In this document: positions 38,001 through 46,781 of the stretch, one piece after another | How positions within the stretch are numbered: position 1 is the stretch's first letter | How the letters are laid out: each line of letters opens with the position of its first letter | DNA from: a virus | DNA: 64,000 nt | Strand: one strand, 5' to 3' | Virus record (IMG/VR): IMGVR_UViG_3300009506_000005 | Coordinates: 49,770 to 113,769 of that record | Translations under genes and position numbers: made by a program | The notes under the pieces: generated by a model | The model's database searches: none | The model's input: the letters and a program-made list of their open reading frames with translations, nothing else | What the model was told of the DNA's origin: nothing

Positions 38001-39902
38001 CAGAGCGTTGTGAGGACCGGGCCCAGCCGCCAGGTGTGGCACCTGACAGTCGGTGGTCTCCCTGGCTGGAAGCTCCAGCGTGATCCCCTCGCGGGTGACG
38101 AGGTGACGGCCGTCGAGAAGCCGAAGGCCAACTCCGCGCTCTTCGAGCTCGAAGGTGATGTCGAGCCTGGAAAGGAGCTTGGCGGCGAGGTCCTGAACGA
38201 TACCAAGGCCACGCCCTCGGAGATCTCCATCGTCGATGAGGGCCGGGCGGAGATCATCGACAGGAAGCCCGGGCTCATCCGCCTGCGGTTCAGGGGCAAG
38301 AAGCTCCAGGGGATCTACACGCTGGAGGCCGAGGAGAAGGGATCGGAGATCTGGACGTTCGCCAAGGATGCCGAGGCAGAGAAGAGAGAGGAGGACGACC
38401 CCTGGAAGACGGGTGATGTGGAGTTGGCGGACATCGAGGACACGGAGAAGGCGATCCCCGTCCGTGGAGGGGTGCAGATCTGGGACCCTGAGAAAAAGGA
38501 CCCGAACGTTGACCGCGAGCAGCTGGAGCCACTGGCCATCTTTTCTCCGATGAAGCCGGCGAAGCGGTTCGATGACACGGCTGCGGCCGTCAAGGAGTGG
38601 GGCCATGGCGCCGCCATCGAGCACGGCGTGTTCGTGGAGCCCAAGGAGAACGGTTTTAGATTCAGCGTCCAGAAGAAGGGCGATCAGGTCTTCTCGTTCA
38701 CCGAGGACGAGAAGCGGGACTTGCTTCCGCTGCTTCCAACGGTGCGCGAGGCTCTGGAGAGAATCCCCGGGGAATGGATCCTGGACACCGAGTTCATGGA
38801 GGAGGAAGAGGGCGGTGGGTTTGTTCCGCGTCGTGACTTGGCGAGGTTCAGGGGGAAGGAGCCGCAGGACGACAAGCGCGTGCGCTTGAAGGTGGTTGAC
38901 CTGCTCTACCACAACGGCCGCAACTTGCTCGGACGCCCGTACCACGAGCGCCGCTCTGCCCTGCGTCGGTTCTTCGATGGGAAGAAGACGCTGGGACCGC
39001 TGGTCATCACGCCCACGAAGCTGGCGAAGAGCGCTGAGCAGCTGCAACGAGCGATCGCCTGGGCTCGCAAGGTTCCTGGGTCCGAGGGCGCCATGCTCAA
39101 GCTGTACGGATCCACTTACTCCCTCGGTGGCGAGAACTCGGCGTGGGCGAAGATCAAGGACTCGCGAGAGATTCGCGCCATCGTCTACGAGAGACATCCT
39201 GTCAAGGATTCGCCCGGGGTCTACAACTTCTTCGGCGCCGTGGGGCCCGTGCGCGAGGATGAGTGGAATGAGACTGTGGAGGTCGGAGGAAAGACCTACA
39301 CGCCGGTGGGGCGCACCTTCAACTCGAAGGAGGAGGCCGAGGTCGGAGATGTCATCCGCGTGGAGGCCACGGAGATCCTCGTTGACGCGAGTGGCGACAA
39401 GAAGTCACTGCGCTGGTTCACGCCCACGGTGATCGAACGGGTGGACACGAGACCAATGACGGCGGCCGATGTCGTAAGGCTGGCGAAGCCCGAGGAGATC
39501 AAGAAGATCGCGGACGCCATCCTCCAGCGCGAGATCCCCATCTTCAAGGCTGACGAAGAGCGGCTCGTCTACGGCGAGGTCCTCATCCCCGAGGAGGTGG
39601 ACGCGCAGAAAGAGATCTACAGCGAGGAGGAGGTGCGCCAGGCGGCCCACGGGTTCATGGAGAACTTCCAGAACCTCGGTGTCATGCACAAGGAGCTCGC
39701 GAACGGGCGCCTCAAGATCCTGGAGAGCTTCATCGCCCCGGTGGAGATGGAGATCGCTGGGAAGAAGATCAAGAAGGGCACATGGCTCCTCGCCGTCCGC
39801 GTGATTTCGGACAAGCTGTGGAAGCAGGTGAAGGACGGAAAATGGACCGGATTTTCTATCGGCGGATCGGCCGTTCGCGTGGCGGAAACCTCGGCAACTT
39901 GA
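35013..39902 (+). CDS. polyprotein: Dam/D12-type methylase - Zn finger - nucleotidyltransferase - LigD phosphoesterase-like x2 - ATP-dependent ligase - XkdF prohead protease
   Basis: PGGK/VEPYAGS/SDLN/DPPW; GS..DID; QYH..HLDLR; KENGFR/DTE/DLL/EGAMLK/WAKIK; ERLVYGEVLIP/MH/GFSIGG. Confidence 0.85.
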   Translation: MGKREGNYRAPTGKVSGGRKPAAKREDVEATIELGEESATAVLSARSLAQKFAEVAAGFDDDVIDPLRECEVGENAVEILEILPLVSKNLAAEFSRLQDEGGDGEVPQVDTGDPLEIGAALLSCSANVRKSLEDAPRDIVEAVDQGIDSLRAFLSLPDQLDGEDHAAEFFTKADRIPKPFRSPGGKAQLVNVLLSRVPEHKVYVEPYAGSATLFWAKKKVEKEVLSDLNEGVVGLFKFLQEAGEADFEWMRKQIWGYDAVNFNKLKEKESGSARYKAYRFKYLNLYSMRGRGETIDDSPRSRGQTGALFLRNLERYKERLENVRVIHGDALEVMKKYDRSGVFMYIDPPWRPEQGSPEWKAYDHEAFEKAVSGLKANALVSYQGKLVLGDGWRKHKHTSVLGGISKETTQSLYWNYNFRGVEAKREGTSGCEFCDALAAEAFVWDGGIIKSCHEHESQARELIENVNKSEVLAVRDCELPEQEEVAKLSIDEMNPRSLREVSDRELLSLNRRLHQLYGKNFEGNDKITSGDLNREDLVNAYIFVSNEMKTREMELNDTSLAIEARTLAKEEGKKELAPVLPGSSGAHPLIKIEEVLPHFKSFKIRMPFLWLVGSLANMGKTENDIDLLVKGPCSEELLQVLKFRLGRMLPPELSKRLSVMEDELGGPFTSHVELADLVVEMRPAFAVKEMALAKQDDPLLDLPKEAGKKKAVFQYHARGSSLHLDLRMELADFLVGWTMANQRSGKVPVIETMDELKRIGSSFSPDGDQYTKPFRSPARLAAFPKSRQPEVWLGISARRFEPGEVGASRNEYGVIVAVDRPSVEYGTQSSRFHEYFFTGKDAAVQGILAFRQLVGRGKAIKLEGEGGDPFEEGRRTPAGRTFWTSMLTSSALPSVLKRRAVHEGRMPPDGKSAIPISLERVTPKEFRYWEAKGKEAREIRDALVSSRFFTEQNVGIVDGEFRRLVQKTYLYTGDGSDFTFKAESEPFALSWQRWKGQSVVRTGPSRQVWHLTVGGLPGWKLQRDPLAGDEVTAVEKPKANSALFELEGDVEPGKELGGEVLNDTKATPSEISIVDEGRAEIIDRKPGLIRLRFRGKKLQGIYTLEAEEKGSEIWTFAKDAEAEKREEDDPWKTGDVELADIEDTEKAIPVRGGVQIWDPEKKDPNVDREQLEPLAIFSPMKPAKRFDDTAAAVKEWGHGAAIEHGVFVEPKENGFRFSVQKKGDQVFSFTEDEKRDLLPLLPTVREALERIPGEWILDTEFMEEEEGGGFVPRRDLARFRGKEPQDDKRVRLKVVDLLYHNGRNLLGRPYHERRSALRRFFDGKKTLGPLVITPTKLAKSAEQLQRAIAWARKVPGSEGAMLKLYGSTYSLGGENSAWAKIKDSREIRAIVYERHPVKDSPGVYNFFGAVGPVREDEWNETVEVGGKTYTPVGRTFNSKEEAEVGDVIRVEATEILVDASGDKKSLRWFTPTVIERVDTRPMTAADVVRLAKPEEIKKIADAILQREIPIFKADEERLVYGEVLIPEEVDAQKEIYSEEEVRQAAHGFMENFQNLGVMHKELANGRLKILESFIAPVEMEIAGKKIKKGTWLLAVRVISDKLWKQVKDGKWTGFSIGGSAVRVAETSAT

Positions 39903-39936
39903 CAAGCCCTACATTCAGGCGGCAAAATATCACCAA

Positions 39937-39966
39937 TTGACACGGGTATTTCGGAGCGGGTAGGAT
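39937..39966 (+). promoter_or_regulatory. promoter for scaffold-capsid genes
   Basis: TTGACA-N18-TAGGAT in a 200-bp intergenic gap. Confidence 0.55.
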
Positions 39967-40102
39967 CTAGGAAATCGCGCGACTTGGAAGGGGAACCCAA
40001 CGTGGCGCGGAAGTGAACAAGATGACTGCATCCTTGCAAAGTTCCCCATCCCAATCACACGGTCGGATCGGAGCGTTGCTACCTACCCACGGGGAGAGGT
40101 AA

Positions 40103-41212
40103 GTGGATTTTCTGGACCACTTGGCGAGCATCGAGAAGCAGGTCACGCGCCTGTTGGACATCGAGGTCAAGGAGGTCTCTGTTGTGGACCGTGCGGCCAA
40201 CAAGCGCCGCTTTCTCATCGTCAAAAGGGAGGACGACATGCCGGATCCCATCGGTAAAGAAGTGAAAGAAGACGGGCAGGGTAACCTCTCGACCGAGGAG
40301 GACAAGATGGAGGAGGAGGACGAGAAGAAGGCAGACGCCCCTCTTCACGCCAAGCTCGCCGGCGAGGCGATCGACTCCCTCATCATGAAGGTGACCGGCC
40401 TGCGGGAGAAGCTCACGAGCGGCATGGCCACTCTGGAGGAGATCAACGACCTGAGCAGCGCCTTCTGGCCGCTCATGGACTCCCTGCGCTCGGCTGCGGT
40501 GGTGATCGCCAAGGCCGACGTGGAGAAGGCCGACATGGAGATCCCGAAGCCCGTCAAGGAGGCTGTCCTGCGGACGGCCACCGAGGCGATGGAGCGCCTG
40601 CTCTCGGCTGTCAACGGTCTCAAGGAGGCCCAGACGAACGATGAGCAGTCCGACGCCCCGCTGCCCGAGGAGTACACCAAGGAGTTCAGCGCGATCGCCG
40701 GGCTGCTCTCCGGAATCTCCGAGAAGTACCCGTCGCCGAAGTCCGCCGCCTGCGGGGACAAGGAGAAGGCGAAGAAGGGCGACGCGGAGAAGTCCGATGC
40801 CATGGAGAAGGTCATCGACAAGCTCGATGCCATCTCCAAGAAGGTGGACAGCGCCCTCTCCAGCGTGAAGAAGGTGGACGAGGAGGAGGAGAAGAAGGGC
40901 GACTCCAAGGAGGAGAAGGGCGGCGAGGGCGAGGAGGAAGAGAAGCCGAAGGCAGAGGAAGGCAAGAAGCCCGAAGGCGACGGCGAGGCCAAGGAGGTGG
41001 AGAAGGCCCTGGCCAAGCGCGACAAGGAGATCACCGATCTTCGCGAGCAGGTCGCGAAGCAGGCGGAGAAGATCACCGCACTCGAAGAGGCGGATATCGC
41101 CCCCAACTCGTCAGCCCCCGAGGGCGTGGCGAAGATGGAGGAAGAGGATCCGTGCTGGCGAAGTGACATGGCGGACGAGTCCGAGGTGGACGCGGACGTT
41201 TCCTTCGATTAG
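40103..41212 (+). CDS. capsid scaffold protein with N-terminal protease segment
   Basis: EVSVVDRAAN; acidic helical body; internal SD + ATG at 40238; precedes MCP. Confidence 0.75.
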   Translation: MDFLDHLASIEKQVTRLLDIEVKEVSVVDRAANKRRFLIVKREDDMPDPIGKEVKEDGQGNLSTEEDKMEEEDEKKADAPLHAKLAGEAIDSLIMKVTGLREKLTSGMATLEEINDLSSAFWPLMDSLRSAAVVIAKADVEKADMEIPKPVKEAVLRTATEAMERLLSAVNGLKEAQTNDEQSDAPLPEEYTKEFSAIAGLLSGISEKYPSPKSAACGDKEKAKKGDAEKSDAMEKVIDKLDAISKKVDSALSSVKKVDEEEEKKGDSKEEKGGEGEEEEKPKAEEGKKPEGDGEAKEVEKALAKRDKEITDLREQVAKQAEKITALEEADIAPNSSAPEGVAKMEEEDPCWRSDMADESEVDADVSFD

Positions 41213-41281
41213 CGAGCGGACGAGGTAAAGGTCAAGAGAGACGATCAACAGAGCGAACAACTAGAAAGACGGAGGAAACAA

Positions 41282-42217
41282 ATGAACGACAACCGCTCGA
41301 TCATCGAAAAAGCGGACCTCGCCGTAAGCGATCTGATCTCGGGAGGGGGCTATCTCCAACCGGCACAGGCGGCGAAGTTCATTCGGCTCTTGATCAAGGA
41401 GAGCTCGGTCATGAACATGGCGTCGGTCAAGCCGATGAAGGCCCCGAAGGAGCTGATCGAGAAGATCCGCTTCGGTTCCCGGGTCCTGCGCGCTGGCACC
41501 GAGGCCGTGGCGCTTCCGGTGGCGGACCGGGTGAAGCCGGACCTCACCAAGACGGAGCTGGACGCCAAGCTGTTCAAGGCGGAGACGCGGATCAGCTACG
41601 AGGCGCTGGAGGACTCCATCGAGAGGGGCCAGCTCAAGAACACGATCATGCAGGAGCTCGGCAAGGCCGTCGCCCGGGACATGGACGAGGTGATCGTGAA
41701 CGGCGACACCGCGAGCGCCGACACCTTCCTCGCGCAGCTCGACGGCCTGCTCAAGCAGACCACGAGCAACGTGACGGACGCCCTGATCGCCCCGCTGGAC
41801 AAGGACATCCTGCGGGACATGCTCAAGGCGATGCCGAGCGAGTGGCTCCGCGACAAGAAGGCGATGCGGTTCATCACCTCCGTGGACGCCCTGCTCGACT
41901 ACCGCAACACGCTCGCGGACCGCGAGACCGTGGCCGGGGACCGGTGGCTCACCGAGGACGTGCCGATCATGTACTCCGGTGTGCCGCTCGTGGACGCGCC
42001 GCTCTTCCCGGAGAACCTCGGCGCGGGGAGCAACGAGACGAACGTCCTGCTCTCCGACCCGAAGAACATCCAGGTCGGCATCTGGCGGCAGATCCGCCTG
42101 GAGACGCAGAAGGACGCCCCGGCCGGCGTGCTCATCATCGTGGCGACCCTCCGCTTCGACGTGAAGTGGGTCGAGGAGACCGCCGCGGTGAAGTGCATCA
42201 AGGTCAAGGTGGCCTAG
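41282..42217 (+). CDS. major capsid protein (HK97 fold)
   Basis: [28 protein letters not shown]; position. Confidence 0.92.
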   Translation: MNDNRSIIEKADLAVSDLISGGGYLQPAQAAKFIRLLIKESSVMNMASVKPMKAPKELIEKIRFGSRVLRAGTEAVALPVADRVKPDLTKTELDAKLFKAETRISYEALEDSIERGQLKNTIMQELGKAVARDMDEVIVNGDTASADTFLAQLDGLLKQTTSNVTDALIAPLDKDILRDMLKAMPSEWLRDKKAMRFITSVDALLDYRNTLADRETVAGDRWLTEDVPIMYSGVPLVDAPLFPENLGAGSNETNVLLSDPKNIQVGIWRQIRLETQKDAPAGVLIIVATLRFDVKWVEETAAVKCIKVKVA

Positions 42218-42302
42218 AGCGCTTCTTCCCCGGGGAGAAGGTAACCAAGAACGAACGGGGAGCGCGTCGGTTGGCGTGCTACCCGAAGAAGGAGAGTGAA
42301 AG

Positions 42303-42632
42303 ATGGCCCTCACCAACGTAGCATCGCAGACCCCCTCCGGCGGCCAGCCGTCCGCACCCCTGCGCGCGGACCGCGTGACGTTCAGCGGAGACAACGCCTA
42401 CCCCGCCGGCGGGACGCCGGACATGCCGACCGAGCTCAAGGCCGCGTTCCCCAAGATCCTGCCCACGATCGTGGACATCACGGGGCGGGACTCCACGGGG
42501 CAGTACGCCCTGTCGTGGGACTCGGCGAACCAGAAGCTCCAGATCCTGGACATGAGCGCCACTCCCCCGGCGGAGGTGGCTCCGGGCGATCAGTCCGCCC
42601 TCACGTTCCAGGCGACCGTCCTGAGCAAGTAG
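42303..42632 (+). CDS. probable head decoration protein
   Basis: follows MCP; YPAGG motif; followed by terminator. Confidence 0.55.
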   Translation: MALTNVASQTPSGGQPSAPLRADRVTFSGDNAYPAGGTPDMPTELKAAFPKILPTIVDITGRDSTGQYALSWDSANQKLQILDMSATPPAEVAPGDQSALTFQATVLSK

Positions 42633-42655
42633 CTCCGGCTGGTTGAGAGCACAAC

Positions 42656-42688
42656 AAGAGGGGGCGGCGTGAGCCGCCCGCCTCTTTT
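42656..42688 (+). terminator. intrinsic terminator
   Basis: AAGAGGGGGCGGC-GTGA-GCCGCCCGCCTCTT-TT. Confidence 0.65.
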
Positions 42689-42729
42689 CCCGCCTTCATG
42701 GCGGCCAGGTAAAGAAGAAAGGACCGATC

Positions 42730-43203
42730 ATGGCCAAGACTGAGAAGGTTTTAGCGCGTCTCAAGCCCTACAACCCGAAGCGTGGACACGTGATGCAGCG
42801 CTACGTGGCGAAGGGCGCCCGCTTCCTCGCCGGAGTGTGGTACGAGGTTCCGAAGTCCCTCGGGGACTACCTCGCCGAGGTGACTGAGCAGGACCAGGAC
42901 CCCGATTCCCCCCTCGCGTTCGACGTGGGCGATCTGGAGCATGCCCGCGATGTGATGCGGCGCGAGAAGGAGGAGGAGGAGCGGCGCCGGCGCAGGGTCA
43001 CTGGGACCAAGGTGCGGCAGACGGGCAAGGACGGCGTCGTCCGGGAGATCAACCTGGACGAAGAGGACGAGTTCGAGGAGGAGGATGAGCACGCAGCTGC
43101 TCTCACCACGGCCGACCTCGAACCCAAGAAGCCCAAGGCGAAGAAGAAGCCGGCGCCGCGGAAGAAGACCACGAAGAAGGGCGGACGCTCCTCGCGTAGG
43201 TAG
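42730..43203 (+). CDS. hypothetical protein
   Basis: strong codon bias; acidic then basic tail. Confidence 0.65.
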   Translation: MAKTEKVLARLKPYNPKRGHVMQRYVAKGARFLAGVWYEVPKSLGDYLAEVTEQDQDPDSPLAFDVGDLEHARDVMRREKEEEERRRRRVTGTKVRQTGKDGVVREINLDEEDEFEEEDEHAAALTTADLEPKKPKAKKKPAPRKKTTKKGGRSSRR

Positions 43204-43214
43204 GGGAGGTTCCT

Positions 43215-43643
43215 ATGCCTCCTGTCTCTTCGGTACTGGATCTCCGTAATCTGGCGGGCTCCATGCTCGCCACGGTCGCTCCCCTGGCAGTGTTCATCGA
43301 CGATCCCTGGAGCGCAGCTGTCGGGCTCTCTATCCAGCTTCCTGGCGGAGCGGTTGTTAGGGTCGGGGAGAGGGCCCTGGAGCAGGCCCTCGAAGGTCAG
43401 GAGGATGAGGCATCTCCAGCGGGGATGTTGGTCCCGGCCGTGATCGATACGGTGGACTTCCCGCCGGCGCCGATCTTGATCCCTCTCTACGACTTGGAGC
43501 ACTCGTTCAACGTGATCGAGCGGAAGCCCGAAAGAACCCCTGCTTCCTGCCAGCATGGAGAGATCGATCTGTCTTGCCGTGCCTGCTACGCGAGGTGGTG
43601 GAAGCAGCGCGCCAGGGAGGAGGGGCTGATCGATGGGTCATAA
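43215..43643 (+). CDS. hypothetical protein
   Basis: GGGGAGG SD. Confidence 0.45.
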   Translation: MPPVSSVLDLRNLAGSMLATVAPLAVFIDDPWSAAVGLSIQLPGGAVVRVGERALEQALEGQEDEASPAGMLVPAVIDTVDFPPAPILIPLYDLEHSFNVIERKPERTPASCQHGEIDLSCRACYARWWKQRAREEGLIDGS

Positions 43644-44022
43644 AGCGCGGAGAATGGCCCGTAAGCGGCGGAAGGCCGAGGCCAAGGCGAAGGTCGCCAG
43701 GGAGATGGAAGAGCTGGCAGGAGGCAACCTGAGCGATCCTGGGGCGGCTCTGGGCACACCGAGGATGGAGTTGAGCGAGAACGTCGACCTGACCAAGGCG
43801 AGCCCATCTTGCATCCGCTGTCATGGGACGGGAATCAGGGGTGCTCAGCACGTGCAGACGGTGGAGGGTGTCGAGAGGATACCGATCATCTGCCGATGCG
43901 TGACGAGAAACGGTGGCGTGAAGCTGCGTGGGGCCGAGAGGATCAGCGCGGAGATCGCGAAGAAGAACGCCGATGCCGCGACGGAGATCGCCTCGCAGAT
44001 GGACCCGGAGATAGAGGCATGA
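43633..44022 (+). CDS. Zn-finger hypothetical protein
   Basis: CIRCHGTG...CRC. Confidence 0.55.
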   Translation: MGHKARRMARKRRKAEAKAKVAREMEELAGGNLSDPGAALGTPRMELSENVDLTKASPSCIRCHGTGIRGAQHVQTVEGVERIPIICRCVTRNGGVKLRGAERISAEIAKKNADAATEIASQMDPEIEA

Positions 44023-44285
44023 GCGACTGGGAGGGCAAGGAGTACCATTTCAATGCCGAGGCCGATTCTGTGGCCGCGGCCGGGCTCCTTAGCTCTGGGG
44101 AGATCATCAAGCATCGTGGAGGTGCCCTTGTTCTTCGTTGCCCGTCCTGCAACTCGATGCAGTTCGCCGTGGCGGAAATAGACGGTTCGGATGAAACACC
44201 GACGATCAAGACGCCTATCTCCTGTGCCTGTACTCGCTGTTCTGTGGAGTTCAGGATCAGGCATGGGAAGGCTGTCCGGGAGTAG
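44019..44285 (+). CDS. Zn-finger hypothetical protein
   Basis: CPSC...CTRC. Confidence 0.5.
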   Translation: MSDWEGKEYHFNAEADSVAAAGLLSSGEIIKHRGGALVLRCPSCNSMQFAVAEIDGSDETPTIKTPISCACTRCSVEFRIRHGKAVRE

Positions 44286-44342
44286 CCACCCCAGATCGTC
44301 AGGTGATGAGATCGCATGGCTCACTAGGTAAAGGGGTGACAG

Positions 44343-44714
44343 ATGGTGGACGGAACGGCGAGAGCGCCGGTTGTGAAAACCACGAGGGATTTGGCCATTG
44401 CCGGGTTTCTGTACATGCATGGGCTTCCACTTCGGAAGGCGGCGAGACAGGACAGGGAGTTCCTGTTCCAGTTCGACGACCCGCCTGACGAGGCGCATCC
44501 AGATGGGCGCTGGGAAGAGCTCCACATGGCGTTCGCGAACTCGGAGTGCGCACGGTACGATGCGTCCATACGCGGGTTAAAGAAGATGGTGAACCGCGAG
44601 GGGGCAGAGGCGGTGGAGGATGCGAGAGGGTTTTCTAACGGCCATCGGAGCAAGCGCAGGAGAAGGCGGTACAACTCTCAGGCGCGGAACGCCAATGGAA
44701 ACGGGAATCAGTAG
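44343..44714 (+). CDS. DUF5659-like protein
   Basis: TRDLAIAGFL...FLFQF. Confidence 0.55.
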   Translation: MVDGTARAPVVKTTRDLAIAGFLYMHGLPLRKAARQDREFLFQFDDPPDEAHPDGRWEELHMAFANSECARYDASIRGLKKMVNREGAEAVEDARGFSNGHRSKRRRRRYNSQARNANGNGNQ

Positions 44715-44769
44715 CGCGATATCGCCATGGAGGCGCAATGGATCGCGAGGCATAAGGCTGGAACTGTGA

Positions 44770-45120
44770 ATGTGGCCAAGGAACCCATTCTTTCGACCCG
44801 TTCTCCGCAGGGACTTGCTGGACAACAGCACGGACTTCATCGTCGTGGGGGACAAGACGAAAGAGCGGAAGGTGGTCCTGGACTACTCCTACGAGCTGCC
44901 CATCGCGGGCAAGGCCATCACCGGGACGTTTGTCTTCAACCACGACGGAACCAGCGTGGACCTCGACAACTGGTACAGCTTCCTAGACAAGTCGATCACG
45001 AAATCCGTGACGTTTGGCGCGGTCCTCTCGGGATCGGAAATACGCTTGACCATCGTGACAAACAGCGTTGGGGAAAACCCTACAATAAGATACCGCCGCA
45101 GTAGCATCGGCGTTGCATAG
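44770..45120 (+). CDS. beta-rich virion protein
   Basis: position and composition. Confidence 0.5.
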   Translation: MWPRNPFFRPVLRRDLLDNSTDFIVVGDKTKERKVVLDYSYELPIAGKAITGTFVFNHDGTSVDLDNWYSFLDKSITKSVTFGAVLSGSEIRLTIVTNSVGENPTIRYRRSSIGVA

Positions 45121-45129
45121 GAGGAATCG

Positions 45130-45954
45130 ATGACGAGTCACAACCACGGGCTGATTGGGATCAATGGGAATGTCGAGTTCGGACAGGATGGGCCGAGAGT
45201 CAAGGACGATGCTTCTGGGGCGGCGATGGGCATCCGCAACTCTGCGGATGACGCCTACATCCCGCTGCGCGTCGGTTCCCCTCTGAGCGAGGACGATGCC
45301 GTCTCCAAGAAGTATCTGGAGACGAGAGCCAATGCGATCGTCACCGGGCAGATCGATGGCACGTCACCTCCATCTCCCGGGACTCCAGGGAGGCTGTGGA
45401 TCTGCACGACGGCCGGCGGATCGTTCACGCTGAAATACCTCTACTACGATACCGGCAGCGCCTGGGATGAGATCGCCCCACAAGAGGGTCTCACGATGCG
45501 CGTCACGGATGCCTTGACTGGCGGCACGGACGAGTATCTCGCAGATCATATCTACGTCTGGGACGAGGATGGCAGCGTGTGGAAGGACATGGGGCCGAAC
45601 CCCGCCGAGTCCAACACGCTCAAGGGGTACCCTGTCGTACTGGATTACACGGACGTGGGCGCGAACCTCATCGTGAAGGTTCCCTCCGGTGCGCGCGTCC
45701 TGCGGTGGAAGGTGTACGTCAGCCAGGTGTTCGATGGCGTCACACCGCAGGCGGAGATCGGCGATGCCACCGACCCGGATCGCCACGCGCCGGCGAACGA
45801 GATAAACCTCAAGAAGGTGGGTCTCTACTATGGTGAGCTCCTGTATCTGTATGGTGCGGCGACAAACGTCAACCTGACGCTGACCATCGGTGGAACCCCG
45901 AGCCAGGGTCAGCTCACGGCGTACCTGGAGTTCGTCAAGCCAGTGGGGATCTAG
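45130..45954 (+). CDS. putative head fibre/decoration protein
   Basis: GAGG SD; DAVSKKY motif, Trp/Thr/Gly-rich. Confidence 0.55.
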   Translation: MTSHNHGLIGINGNVEFGQDGPRVKDDASGAAMGIRNSADDAYIPLRVGSPLSEDDAVSKKYLETRANAIVTGQIDGTSPPSPGTPGRLWICTTAGGSFTLKYLYYDTGSAWDEIAPQEGLTMRVTDALTGGTDEYLADHIYVWDEDGSVWKDMGPNPAESNTLKGYPVVLDYTDVGANLIVKVPSGARVLRWKVYVSQVFDGVTPQAEIGDATDPDRHAPANEINLKKVGLYYGELLYLYGAATNVNLTLTIGGTPSQGQLTAYLEFVKPVGI

Positions 45955-46781
45955 TGACGGATCCGAAGGCCACCTCTGCGAACGGAACGAGCCAGACCAA
46001 CTGGGAGGTGGGTCCTGACGCAACGCATGGCGTGAAGAGAGAGAACGGGGAGCTGGCCCTGTACGATCCGGTCAGCGGAACCAGGAAGATGACGGAGCTC
46101 GGTGCCAACTCACCTCTCGTGTTGACCTTTCAAGCATTCCCAACGGCCAACGGTATCATCAACCTCGTTGGTGGTTACGAGCAGACGGATGCTGCGGCGG
46201 TCGTGACGAGTGCAGCGCCGTACACATCGGCGCACCCCTACTTCAACTCGAGGCTGTATGCTGACATCACTGCGATCACCGGGGAACCTTTCACTTTGAG
46301 AATCACAGGTACCTCTGTGAGTCAGGTCGACGCGTCGTTGACTCCAGCCGACACAGAGGACATTAATGTCACTGGTATCGGAAAGTACGCGTCGACGAAG
46401 TACTGGATCACAGCACCACAAGTCAGCATCGTAGAGGCGTCCAAGTCAGCCACGATGGATTTGTCCAAGGCGTTTGCCTATGCGCTTGGTGGAAAGAAGC
46501 TGACCGTGAAAGGTCTTATACTTCTCTGGACCCCTGACGGCACGACCTGGGACCTCGAGGTCAGGATGGTGCGAGTGGCCAACGACGGAACGCTGTCGGA
46601 CGTCTTCAATGTCGTCTTGCATTCCACAGACACGCCTCCGTGGGCTGCCAACTTGGAGCTTGGGAGATATAAGCTGTCCAGTCTAAGCGAGGTTGTCGAT
46701 GGAACAGCCGGGGAAGGGGTCTATTTGTACGCTGATCAGCAAAAGATTGCGGATCTTCTAGTAGGGATAGAGTATGAGTAA
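45954..46781 (+). CDS. putative virion structural protein
   Basis: Thr/Ala-rich beta protein. Confidence 0.5.
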   Translation: MTDPKATSANGTSQTNWEVGPDATHGVKRENGELALYDPVSGTRKMTELGANSPLVLTFQAFPTANGIINLVGGYEQTDAAAVVTSAAPYTSAHPYFNSRLYADITAITGEPFTLRITGTSVSQVDASLTPADTEDINVTGIGKYASTKYWITAPQVSIVEASKSATMDLSKAFAYALGGKKLTVKGLILLWTPDGTTWDLEVRMVRVANDGTLSDVFNVVLHSTDTPPWAANLELGRYKLSSLSEVVDGTAGEGVYLYADQQKIADLLVGIEYE

